Below, in pieces: positions 9,992 through 19,470 of a DNA stretch of 64,000 bases. A program made the translations under genes and the position numbers. The stretch spans positions 4,224,001 to 4,288,000 of the forward strand of contig CAWIPH010000002.1 in assembly GCA_963837955.1 (NCBI GenBank), read 5' to 3'. Position 1 is the first letter of the stretch; every line of letters begins with the position of its first letter. This stretch comes from an uncultured Verrucomicrobiae bacterium. Lineage in GTDB: Bacteria; Verrucomicrobiota; Verrucomicrobiia; Chthoniobacterales; JAFAMB01. The notes beneath the pieces were generated by a model. The model worked only from the letters and a program-made list of their open reading frames with translations. It searched no databases and had not been told where the DNA came from.

Positions 9992-10270
9992 TGCCAATTT
10001 TCCACGCTCCTTTCCCGAGATCGTTGCCGTCTCGCGATGGACAACTCGAATGGTGCGCAACAGAAACGCCCGGTCAGGTTAATTGCGCTTATCCTAACAA
10101 ATTTTAAGAAAAGGTCCAAGCTTTGCGATTCATAAATGCAAAATATTAGCAATCGATTGACCTTACTAACATCGAATCGTCCCTTGAACGCATTCGGGTT
10201 CTCGCGCCAACTCGAGCGCCGAGTTAACAACTCCAGACCAGGATCCGACATTGATATCAACGTAGTGGCG

Positions 10271-12562
10271 CTACACATCGTCTACTCCCACAACTTGCAC
10301 TTCGGTCTGCAGTTCTATGCCACGCTCGATTTTGGCCCTTGCTTGTATCTCTGAGATCAAACGGATGACATCGCGCGCCTTGGCTTCCCCTTCGTTAACA
10401 ATAAAATTGCCGTGAATCTCCGATACTCGCGCTGCCCCAACCGCTTTGTTCTTAAGTCCGAGCTCTTCGACGAGCTTGCCGGCCGGGCACTCAACCGGAT
10501 TTTTGAAAATGCAGCCTGCGCTCGCTGCAATCGGCTGGGTACTTCGCCTTTTCTGCTCAGCTAGATCAAGGCGTTCCTCGATTTCTTCGGGTTTGGCTGG
10601 CTTGCCCTTAAATACAGCGGACACAACGAACTGATCGCGCAAGGTTGGAACGTTTCGGTAATGCACCTCCATCGTTTCCGGCGTCAGAATTTCAAACTCA
10701 CCGCGCATATTCACTACCCGCACATTCACGACCTGCTGAAACGTTTCCGCACCCATAGCACCAGCGTTCATGCGCAGGCTGCCACCAACGCTTCCCGGGA
10801 TCCCTTCCATCCACTCGAATCCGCCGATTCTCGCTTGGCGAGCAGCACCGACTAGTTGCTTAAGCCGGACTCCCGCGCCGGCCTCGATTTCCAAATCGTT
10901 AATTTTCACGGCGGAGAAGTCACCCTTTGCCAGATGGATTACCACGCCGGGAATCCCGCCGTCGCGTACCAGTAAATTAGATCCTCGCCCAACGATCATG
11001 GCTGGCAGGCGATTGGCCGAGCAAAACCCGAGCACGTTCGCCAATCCCCCGTGCGTTTGGGGCTCCGCCCAGAACTGGGCGGGTCCGCCTACTCGCAAGG
11101 TAGTGTGCTGCGACATCGGCTCATAAAGAGTCACCGCTCCGGCCCCCATGGCCTCTCGAAGTTGCCGCGCGATCTCCAAATCTTGAACCAGCTTGGAAGC
11201 TTCCTCGTGAATATCCCCTGCTCCGAGGCTCAATAGGAGGTCGCCGGGACGGGCCGCACGAGCCAAGGCTCGATGCAGGCGCTCCCGTTTGGCAATGTAC
11301 TCGACCTGTGGCCGCCCCTGCTCCCGAATTGCATCGGTGATTGTCTCGCCGGAAACCCCCGGGATCGGCTCTTCGCTAGCGGCATAAACATCAGTAACAA
11401 AGACAAGATCCGCGGAGTTGAATGCCGCTCCAAACTCATTCCGAAGAGCTTGGGTCCGGGAGTAGCGGTGGGGCTGAAACATGACGACGATGCGCTTTCG
11501 CCCGATCCCCTGAGCGGTCCTAAGCGTTTCGCGAATTTCTGTCGGGTGATGGCCATAGTCGTCGACCACCAGAAACTCTTCGTTCTGCAGCTTCACTTCA
11601 AACCGTCGCCGCGCTCCGCGAAACGAGGCCAACGCTTCCGCTATTTTTGAAAATGCGACTCCAAGCTCTGTGGCCAGAGAGGCAACCGCTAGCGCATTGC
11701 TGATGTTATGTTTCCCGGGAACGCCCAGATCGATCTCACCGAGTCGGGTGTCCCGATGCCATATCTCGAACCGCGAGCCGAAATCCGTCGCAATCACTCT
11801 ATCGAAACGGTAGATGGCAGAGCGATCCTCTCCGTAACTGATGGCGTTCGGAAGTTTCCCGCACAATCGAGCAGCGTGCAGGTCGTCCGCACAGAAAAGA
11901 ATATTGCCTCCGGTCTGGGCGATTAACTGGAGAAACACGCGATCGATCGCCGCCAGATCCGGGTAGTAATCCAGATGCTCGAGCTCCACGTTGAGAATGA
12001 TCGCGTATTTGGGGTGATAGAGTCGCAGGGTGCCATCACTCTCGTCTCCTTCCGCCACAAAGTGTTTTCCGGTTGGATCCCAATGCGCGTTGGTGCCAAG
12101 AATTGGAATTTCGGCGCCGACATAGTGCGACGGATGTAGGCCACCGACCCGAAGGACGTGAGCAGCCATCGCGGAAGTAGTCGTTTTTCCGTGCATTCCG
12201 GCAATCACTATCCCTTCGCGGATCGCCATGATTGCGGCTAACGCCTCCGCCCGCCTGACCATCCATAAATTCAATCGAAGTGCTTCGTCGTAGGCCGGGT
12301 TTCCTGCCCGGATCGCAGAAGAATGAATCACCAGTTCCGCTCCGTGAACGGTTTCGGCCGTTTGCGGGAGATGAAATTGGAGACCGGCTGCTTCCAGGCG
12401 TCTTGTCTCTAGCGAGCTGACGCGATCGCTACCGCTTACCTCATGGCCCAACGCCAGAACTAGTCCGGCGATTCCACTCATCCCGCTCCCGGCCACACCG
12501 ATCAGATGTATTCTCTTTGGCGGTGCCAGGAGCAGCTGTTGCAGTTGTTCTTGGTTCCTCAT
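10271..12562 (-). CDS. murC-murB: fused MurC (UDP-MurNAc-L-Ala ligase) and MurB (UDP-N-acetylenolpyruvoylglucosamine reductase)
   Basis: GVAGSGMSG, GMHGKTTTS, EGDESD, DDYGHHPTE (MurC), then HTTLRVGG, GRGSNLL, GIPGSVGG..MNAGA, HGNFIVN (MurB) in one 763 aa frame. Confidence 0.95.
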   Translation of the reverse strand: MRNQEQLQQLLLAPPKRIHLIGVAGSGMSGIAGLVLALGHEVSGSDRVSSLETRRLEAAGLQFHLPQTAETVHGAELVIHSSAIRAGNPAYDEALRLNLWMVRRAEALAAIMAIREGIVIAGMHGKTTTSAMAAHVLRVGGLHPSHYVGAEIPILGTNAHWDPTGKHFVAEGDESDGTLRLYHPKYAIILNVELEHLDYYPDLAAIDRVFLQLIAQTGGNILFCADDLHAARLCGKLPNAISYGEDRSAIYRFDRVIATDFGSRFEIWHRDTRLGEIDLGVPGKHNISNALAVASLATELGVAFSKIAEALASFRGARRRFEVKLQNEEFLVVDDYGHHPTEIRETLRTAQGIGRKRIVVMFQPHRYSRTQALRNEFGAAFNSADLVFVTDVYAASEEPIPGVSGETITDAIREQGRPQVEYIAKRERLHRALARAARPGDLLLSLGAGDIHEEASKLVQDLEIARQLREAMGAGAVTLYEPMSQHTTLRVGGPAQFWAEPQTHGGLANVLGFCSANRLPAMIVGRGSNLLVRDGGIPGVVIHLAKGDFSAVKINDLEIEAGAGVRLKQLVGAARQARIGGFEWMEGIPGSVGGSLRMNAGAMGAETFQQVVNVRVVNMRGEFEILTPETMEVHYRNVPTLRDQFVVSAVFKGKPAKPEEIEERLDLAEQKRRSTQPIAASAGCIFKNPVECPAGKLVEELGLKNKAVGAARVSEIHGNFIVNEGEAKARDVIRLISEIQARAKIERGIELQTEVQVVGVDDV

Positions 12563-13644
12563 TCGACCTTTGCCTCTAAGAGATCAGCAATCTTGCTTGC
12601 TGCATCAGGCACGGCCATCGATCGCATTTTCTCCCCCATCGATCGGCGGCGTTTAGGGTCCGAGAGCAATTCCTCGATCAAGTTGCCTAGAGTCTCACCG
12701 TTGGCATGCGCGCCCTCCAGAACTTCGGCAGCATTATCCCGACTGAATATCGCTGCATTCAAAGATTGGTGATTGTCGGTCGCAAACGGATACGGAATCA
12801 AAATCGTTGGCAGTCCAAAGTAGGAAATCTCACTCAGACTGGCGGCTCCCGAGCGAGCAACGATTAGATCAGCCGCTCCGTAAACGTCTTCCATTTGGTA
12901 ATGGAAAGCGGCAACAAAGGCCGGAATTCCCTCTTGCTGATACCGATCATAAACGAACTGATGATCTTCTCGTCCGGTTAAATGGATAAATTGCACCGGT
13001 TTCAGCGCCAGTTTATGCAGAGCCGCGACTACTGCCTCGTTAATGCCGTGCGCTCCCTGGCTGCCGCCGATGATTGCCACGGTCTGTAATCCGGGCTTTA
13101 GACGAAGGTTTCTTGCCGTGCTCTCTCGGTCAACAGTACTCCGCAGACTGGTTCGAATCGGTGTACCAGTAACTTGGTATGGTTTCTCGGGGAAGTATTT
13201 CCCGCACTCGGCAAAACCTAGAAGAACTGTATCTGCGAGTTTCGCATTGATTCGATTCGCTTTCCCCGGAATCGCGTTCGATTCGTGGATGAAGGTCGGC
13301 TTTTTGAGCAAGCGCCCGGCCAAGATCGGTGCCGTAGAGGTAAATCCACCCATGCCAAGTATGGCTGATGGCTGCCAAGACCGAAAAAGTTTCAAGCAGG
13401 TGAGAAACCCGCTGATGAATTTCGATGCAAAAGGGAATATTGTCGGCGACCAGATCGAAGGCATCCCAATCGACGCAATCCTTTTGATTTCGAAATCGTT
13501 GCGGTCTCGGACCGCTATAGCGTCAATCTGCTTTTCGGAAATGAGGAGCAAAACCTCATGCCCGCGATCTCGAAGAATCTCGGCAACAGCCAACCCTGGG
13601 AACAGGTGACCACCGGTTCCACCACATGCAATCGCAAATTTCAT
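12559..13644 (-). CDS. murG: lipid II GlcNAc transferase
   Basis: GGTGGHLFP, HESNAIPG, GGSQGA, RSGA. Confidence 0.95.
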   Translation of the reverse strand: MKFAIACGGTGGHLFPGLAVAEILRDRGHEVLLLISEKQIDAIAVRDRNDFEIKRIASIGMPSIWSPTIFPFASKFISGFLTCLKLFRSWQPSAILGMGGFTSTAPILAGRLLKKPTFIHESNAIPGKANRINAKLADTVLLGFAECGKYFPEKPYQVTGTPIRTSLRSTVDRESTARNLRLKPGLQTVAIIGGSQGAHGINEAVVAALHKLALKPVQFIHLTGREDHQFVYDRYQQEGIPAFVAAFHYQMEDVYGAADLIVARSGAASLSEISYFGLPTILIPYPFATDNHQSLNAAIFSRDNAAEVLEGAHANGETLGNLIEELLSDPKRRRSMGEKMRSMAVPDAASKIADLLEAKVE

Positions 13645-13655
13645 GAAAATTGAAT

Positions 13656-14801
13656 CTAGAATTCAGAAAGATGTCGCACCCGGACCATCATCTCGGTCTG
13701 CCCGCTTCCTCGCTCTTCTTTTCCCTGTCGATAGATATTGATTAGAATACCGACGCAGATAAGACAAAAAAACAGGTTCGACCCTCCATAGCTAATAAAA
13801 GGTAGCGGTAAGCCTTTATTCGGCAGAAGCGAAGTGGTCACACCAATATTGACCAACGCTTGGAGGCCGACCATGAGCGTGCAACCGAACCCCAATAGCA
13901 TACCGAATCGGTCCTTTGCATTGAGCGCAATGAGTGTACCGGCGGTAAGTATCAGCAGATAACAGAACACGATTATTAGCGTCACGCGTAGCCCTAATTC
14001 CTCGCCGATGACCGGGAAAATGAAATCTGTGTGCGCGTATGGTAGGTACGACATTTTTTGCCGACCATTACCCAAACCCAGACCCTCGATTCCGCCGGAA
14101 CCGAATGCGATCAGACTCATGAACTGCTGGTGGCCTTCAGTTTTTTCGTACTGATCGGGATGCATGAATGCCAGGAGACGGCCTTGGCGTTCCGAAATAC
14201 GCCAGGCCAAGCCCAGGATACTACCCACACCAATCGCTACCATCAGACCTAAGTATCGGGAGCTTGCGCCCGCGATGAACATCATCAGGAGCACCGTTGT
14301 GCCGATCAGCGTGGTCGAACCAAGGTCGGTTTCGGCGGCGATTGGAACCAGTAAAACAGCGATAACCGATAACGGAGCAACAATCCCAGGAAGTAGTTTA
14401 TGCTGGACTCGCTCAAATTTGGAGAACCACCATCCGATAAAGACGATCGCGCCAAACTTTGCCAATTCAGATGGTTGGAAAGTTAAGGAGCCGACCTGAA
14501 TCCAGCGCGACGATCCGTTGAGGCGTAATCCGATCGGATGAATGAAGCAGAGAACAAGCAGAATGACGGACAGGCCTAACCAAATCATCCAGCTTTTCTG
14601 CCACCAGTGATAATCAATCAGGGCGCAAGCGATAGCACCGATAAAGCCGATCCCAAGCCAAAAGCTTTGTCTCTTTAGAAAACGGAATTGATCGCCGTGA
14701 CTATCCGCCGCAAACGCGCCGGTACTAAATAACATCACGATGCCGATCGAAACTAAAACCGCAACCGCCAAGAACAAAATGTAAGCGCTCTGTCTATGCA
14801 T
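13656..14801 (-). CDS. ftsW: SEDS peptidoglycan polymerase FtsW
   Basis: FQPSELAK, LPYAHTDFIF, LPNKGLPLPFISYGGS. Confidence 0.95.
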   Translation of the reverse strand: MHRQSAYILFLAVAVLVSIGIVMLFSTGAFAADSHGDQFRFLKRQSFWLGIGFIGAIACALIDYHWWQKSWMIWLGLSVILLVLCFIHPIGLRLNGSSRWIQVGSLTFQPSELAKFGAIVFIGWWFSKFERVQHKLLPGIVAPLSVIAVLLVPIAAETDLGSTTLIGTTVLLMMFIAGASSRYLGLMVAIGVGSILGLAWRISERQGRLLAFMHPDQYEKTEGHQQFMSLIAFGSGGIEGLGLGNGRQKMSYLPYAHTDFIFPVIGEELGLRVTLIIVFCYLLILTAGTLIALNAKDRFGMLLGFGCTLMVGLQALVNIGVTTSLLPNKGLPLPFISYGGSNLFFCLICVGILINIYRQGKEERGSGQTEMMVRVRHLSEF

Positions 14802-14946
14802 GGTAAATTGAGCCTAATCTGGATAGGACGGGCGCACTGCCGGTCCAACATAGCCTATTAGATTTCTGATGTAATATGCTTGGACTTGGCGACATTGGAT
14901 CCTCGTAACACGACCCACCTCGGCCGGTCGCGTGCGAAGATGGCTG

Positions 14947-15657
14947 CTAGTCGATTTTAGATGGGATCTGCAGTCGTTGACCAATTTGCAATTTTCTTGG
15001 GTCGTCGATGTTGTTTATTTTGAGGAGATCGGCCGAGTTCACTTTCAGTTTCTTGGCTATTGAAGCAGGCGTGTCCCCTCGCTGGATGACATAATATTTT
15101 TCCGCCTCGGATGCTCCCGTAGTCTGATTAGGCGTATTTTTGTTGTCTTTTGATTCCAATAATTTTTGGACGTCGGACGGCATCGATCTGGTAGTCGATT
15201 TCTCGGGAATGATTAACTCTCGGCCCGGCATGAGTGGCACGCCGGATCGTAGATTGTTCGCTTGTTCCAGATCGTGCGTGGTTAATCCGAATTGCACCGC
15301 GATTCCAGCTAATGTATCGCCATTGCGCACCTTATATATACCGCCTGCCGGCGGCGTCGATTCTTTGCTATTCGGTTTACTTGCGACCGGAGTCCCTGTC
15401 GGGTTAGTCGTTTGTTTCGTCACCTCAGCTTTGGCCACAGCGGTCGGCTGTTGTCGATCTTTCAGAGCACTGAACGCAAAAATGCCGCCCACTGCTACGA
15501 CGTGTAACAAGAGCACCACCACAAAAGCGCGCGACAATTTTACGTTTGGTTCTTCGACGACATACTCATCCTCGGCGTACTTCCCCACCATGCGCGGCGC
15601 GGCGGCTCGCAATTGTTTCCGAGGGGTTCTCCGAAGTGTCCGTTTAACCATTTTCAC
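14947..15657 (-). CDS. membrane-anchored protein with two LysM domains
   Basis: TM helix then YKVRNGDTLAGIA and YVIQRGDTPASIA...LQIGQRLQIP. Confidence 0.9.
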   Translation of the reverse strand: MKMVKRTLRRTPRKQLRAAAPRMVGKYAEDEYVVEEPNVKLSRAFVVVLLLHVVAVGGIFAFSALKDRQQPTAVAKAEVTKQTTNPTGTPVASKPNSKESTPPAGGIYKVRNGDTLAGIAVQFGLTTHDLEQANNLRSGVPLMPGRELIIPEKSTTRSMPSDVQKLLESKDNKNTPNQTTGASEAEKYYVIQRGDTPASIAKKLKVNSADLLKINNIDDPRKLQIGQRLQIPSKID

Positions 15658-16976
15658 GTTGTTAGTTCCTTCACGAGTTGGCGGAATTGGTTTCCGCGAT
15701 CGGCATAGTTCTTAAACATGTCGAAAGAAGAGGTTCCCGGAGAGAAGAGAACGGTGTCTCCCGGACGAGCATATTTTCTGGCCGTGGTCACCGCGTCACC
15801 AAGCGTCTGAACGCGATGGCAAGGCACGTACTTTGACCAAGTCTTTTCAATTCGCTCTGCCATCTCGCCTAGCAAGACAGCGTGTTTCACCCGTCGCTCG
15901 ACCAGCGCCACAATCGAATCGAACTCGAATCCTTTGTCTTTACCTCCGGCAATGAGAATAACCGGTTGGGGTGCTGATTCGAGGGCCTTGACTAACGCGT
16001 CCAGGTTTGTGGCCTTCGAATCGTTGACAAAACTAACTCCATTCACTACACCGACAGGCTCACAACGATGAGGTAGTAATCTGTATTGTCGCAGACCCTT
16101 GGTTGCTGCCTCCCAGGGAACACCCAGCGCGTGTGCGACCCCGAGTGCAGCCATCAGATTCTCGGTGTTATGGACTCCCGAAAGTTGAGTATCTTCCAGC
16201 GCAAGAGTCGGCTCTCCCTGGAAATAAATAACACTGTCTCGGCAGAAGAAATCAGCGGTTTCAGTATAGGCACTAAAGGAAATTCGCTGAGCCGGCAAAG
16301 TTGGAAATGAATCCTGAGCATTCACGATCGCAAAGTCCTCTGGTTTCTGACGTTCGAAGATTCGAAGCTTGGCTGAGCGGTATTCCTCAAGGTGCGCATA
16401 CCGGTCTAGGTGATCCGGAGTGAAATTTAACCAGACGGCAACCTCTGGCCGAAATTGCGAGATGGTCTCCAATTGGAATGAGCTCACCTCAACCGTAAAG
16501 ATATCAATTCCAGCTTGAAGCGTAATCGCTTCGGAGAAGGGCATCCCGATGTTGCCGCACGCTACCGTCCGTTTGCCAGCACCATTCAACATTGCTTCAA
16601 CGAGTTGGGTCGTTGTCGTTTTGCCATTCGTTCCGGTGATTGCCACGATGGGCTTGCGGCAAAAACGATAGGCCAACTCCAATTCTCCTGTAAATGTCGC
16701 TCCGCGTCGCCGGAAGTTCTGGACCAACTCAACTTGGGGATCGATCCCAGGACTGAGAACGATCAAGTCGGATTGAACATTCGCTCGCTCGGCTTCTTTG
16801 CCCAAAATTGTTTGAACACCAAGCCGGTTAAGCTGATCTGCTTTCTCCCTTAAGGTAGTTGCTTCGGCGCTGTCCAAGACCGTGACTTCTGCACCTTCCC
16901 GACGAAGCAGTCTGGCCGCAGCTTCTCCGCTGGTTCCCAATCCCAAAACAACCGCCGTGGTGCGTTCCAAATTCAT
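15654..16976 (-). CDS. murD: UDP-MurNAc-L-Ala--D-Glu ligase
   Basis: GLGTSG, SPG, ITGTNGKTTT, EVSSFQL, NDSKATN; start ATG 16976. Confidence 0.95.
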   Translation of the reverse strand: MNLERTTAVVLGLGTSGEAAARLLRREGAEVTVLDSAEATTLREKADQLNRLGVQTILGKEAERANVQSDLIVLSPGIDPQVELVQNFRRRGATFTGELELAYRFCRKPIVAITGTNGKTTTTQLVEAMLNGAGKRTVACGNIGMPFSEAITLQAGIDIFTVEVSSFQLETISQFRPEVAVWLNFTPDHLDRYAHLEEYRSAKLRIFERQKPEDFAIVNAQDSFPTLPAQRISFSAYTETADFFCRDSVIYFQGEPTLALEDTQLSGVHNTENLMAALGVAHALGVPWEAATKGLRQYRLLPHRCEPVGVVNGVSFVNDSKATNLDALVKALESAPQPVILIAGGKDKGFEFDSIVALVERRVKHAVLLGEMAERIEKTWSKYVPCHRVQTLGDAVTTARKYARPGDTVLFSPGTSSFDMFKNYADRGNQFRQLVKELTT

Positions 16977-18085
16977 CGCAATTTCAGAGTGGCTAGACCG
17001 AGGAGCGCGAACATCAGGGACATAATCCAAAACCGGACAATCACCGTGTTCTCCTTCCAGCCCTTCAACTCAAAATGATGATGGAGCGGCGCCATCAGCA
17101 GCACTCGCTTGCCGCGAGTCTTGAAGCTAACGACCTGGAAAATCACCGATACGGCTTCTATGACAAAGACGCCACCGACCACAGCCAGGAGAAGCTCTTG
17201 TTTACAACAGATCGCGACCACTCCAAGTGTGCTCCCGATCGAGAGCGATCCGGTATCGCCCATGAAGACTCTCGCCGGGTGACAATTAAACCAAAGAAAC
17301 CCTAGTCCGGCGCCAGCTAGCGCCGTGCAGACGATCGTCAATTCAGAGCTCTGGCGGTAATAGGGAAGATCAAGATAAGTGGCGACTGCGACGTTCCCCG
17401 CAGCATAAGCCAAAATCGCGTACGTTGATGCCGCCGTAACGGTACATCCTGCGGCTAACCCGTCGAGGCCATCAGTCAGGTTGACCGCATTGGAACAGCC
17501 AACAATAACGAAGGCAAAAAAGAACAGAGTAAACCACCCTAAATTATCGATAATCGGCTCCTTAAAGAACGGGATGAATAGTTCTTTGGCTTGGATCTCG
17601 AGAGCGGGGTTCAATAAGAAGAAAAGGGTAACGATCAGCGCGAGCAGGAACTGGCAAAGCAATTTCACTCGGCCTGGCACTCCCGCGGATTTTTTCTTGG
17701 TGACCTTCAGGTAGTCATCAACAAACCCGAGCGCAGCAGTGGACACGATCGTAAACAGGCAGAGCCAGATAAAGCTGTTGTCCAATCGCGCCCAAAACAG
17801 CGTGGAAACCGCCACCGAGCCCATGAGGAGAACTCCTCCCATCGTCGGAGTCCCTTTCTTCGCACCGTGCAACTCGTGGAGACGATGAACTTCTTCCGCC
17901 GTTCGTATCGGTTGCCCGAACTTCAAAGAGGTCAATTTTCGGATCACTTGGCTCCCGAAAACGATGCAGAGCAAGAACGCTGTGATCGCAGCACACACCG
18001 CCCGAAACGAGATATATTGAAATACATTAAATCCCGTATTGAGGATGTGCGGAGGCAAACTCAAATAGTAGAGGTAGTACATCAT
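16973..18085 (-). CDS. mraY: phospho-MurNAc-pentapeptide transferase
   Basis: KKGTPTMGG, DDY, NAVNLTDGLDG, FMGDTGS, MAPLHHHFE. Confidence 0.95.
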   Translation of the reverse strand: MMYYLYYLSLPPHILNTGFNVFQYISFRAVCAAITAFLLCIVFGSQVIRKLTSLKFGQPIRTAEEVHRLHELHGAKKGTPTMGGVLLMGSVAVSTLFWARLDNSFIWLCLFTIVSTAALGFVDDYLKVTKKKSAGVPGRVKLLCQFLLALIVTLFFLLNPALEIQAKELFIPFFKEPIIDNLGWFTLFFFAFVIVGCSNAVNLTDGLDGLAAGCTVTAASTYAILAYAAGNVAVATYLDLPYYRQSSELTIVCTALAGAGLGFLWFNCHPARVFMGDTGSLSIGSTLGVVAICCKQELLLAVVGGVFVIEAVSVIFQVVSFKTRGKRVLLMAPLHHHFELKGWKENTVIVRFWIMSLMFALLGLATLKLR

Positions 18086-19470
18086 GGCGACCTCCACTTA
18101 ACCTGCTTCTGAGTGGCTTCAAGCTGTGCGATTATCCGGTCCATCGCGGCACTACGGCTCCCTTTCACCAACAGAAGGTCCCCAGGCTCGAGTAATTCTG
18201 CGAGGGCATCTGCCGCTTCTACTTGATTCGCAACCGTTCGACTCCGATCAAGCCCTGCTTTGAATGAAGCGGACGCGATCGGCTTGGCTTGCTCACCGAC
18301 CGCAATAACAAAATCAAATCCATTTTGGGCGGCCGCCGAACCGACTCGTTCATGACCCGAGAGACTCTGCTCGCCCAGCTCACCCATATAACCCAGTGCG
18401 GCGATCCTTCTTCCTTTCACTGGCAACTTAGCGACGGTCTGGAGTGCCGCGATAACGGAGTCAGGATTTGCGTTATAGGCGTCGTTGATGACCAAAACCT
18501 CTCCCAGCTTCTCGATCCGGAATCGCCCTCCCGGAATGACCGTCTTGGCCAGACCAGCAGCGCATTGGCTCAGTGATAATCCGAGCGCGCGTCCTATCGC
18601 GACCGCCTGTATGGCATTTCTTACCATGTGTTCTCCCGGCACCGGGAGAAACGCCGGCACTTTACTGCTCTCGTCCGATAGAATGAATTCCTCGCCGTCC
18701 ATCCGATGCGACACCGCGCGAGCCTGGACGAGACCCTGCTCGATTCCAGCTGTAACAATTCGAGCGCTGCAACGCGCCGATATCCAGTCGGAAAATTCGT
18801 CTTCTGCGTTAAGGACGACTACGCCGGTGGAGGGAATACTTTCGGCCAGCACCGCTTTCTCTCGCGCAATCGCTTCCCGGGATCCCAAGAATTCAATGTG
18901 GGCAACGCCAATGTTAGTGATAAGTCCGTAGTCCGGTCTCGCGATGTCGACCAAAGCCGCTATCTCGCCAACGTGATTCATTCCAAACTCCCACACGGCC
19001 ACCTGATGGTTGCGTTCCGCACGCAGGATGGTCAAGGGCACGCCAATATGATTGTTCAGGTTCCCCTCTGTCTTCGTCACCGCATACTTTTCGGCAAGAA
19101 CCGCAGCCACCATTTCCTTGGTGCTTGTTTTGCCATTACTTCCGGTGATCCCAACAACTCGAATCGGCAACTCGGCCCGGTAGGCGCGCGCCAGCCGTTG
19201 CAGCGCCTGCAAGCTGTCAGCTACCTCAATCTGAGGGAAGTTGCGCCAGTGCGGACTGACCGTTTCTACCAAGGCAGCAGCGGCACCACCTGCTTGAGCA
19301 GCTGCGATGAATTGGTGCCCATCGAAACGCTCACCTCGTAGCGCGACGAAAAGCTGTTGCGGCACCGAATTACGGCTGTCAGTGCCGACGCTGGTTACGA
19401 TCGTTTCCTCCGGACCCCAAACGACGCCCCCGGTCGCAACCGCAATTTGGCGGAGAGATTTAGGTTCCAT
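18082..19470 (-). CDS. murF: UDP-MurNAc-tripeptide--D-Ala-D-Ala ligase
   Basis: ITGSNGKTSTK, NNHIGVP, DAYNANP, KGSR. Confidence 0.95.
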   Translation of the reverse strand: MEPKSLRQIAVATGGVVWGPEETIVTSVGTDSRNSVPQQLFVALRGERFDGHQFIAAAQAGGAAAALVETVSPHWRNFPQIEVADSLQALQRLARAYRAELPIRVVGITGSNGKTSTKEMVAAVLAEKYAVTKTEGNLNNHIGVPLTILRAERNHQVAVWEFGMNHVGEIAALVDIARPDYGLITNIGVAHIEFLGSREAIAREKAVLAESIPSTGVVVLNAEDEFSDWISARCSARIVTAGIEQGLVQARAVSHRMDGEEFILSDESSKVPAFLPVPGEHMVRNAIQAVAIGRALGLSLSQCAAGLAKTVIPGGRFRIEKLGEVLVINDAYNANPDSVIAALQTVAKLPVKGRRIAALGYMGELGEQSLSGHERVGSAAAQNGFDFVIAVGEQAKPIASASFKAGLDRSRTVANQVEAADALAELLEPGDLLLVKGSRSAAMDRIIAQLEATQKQVKWRSP

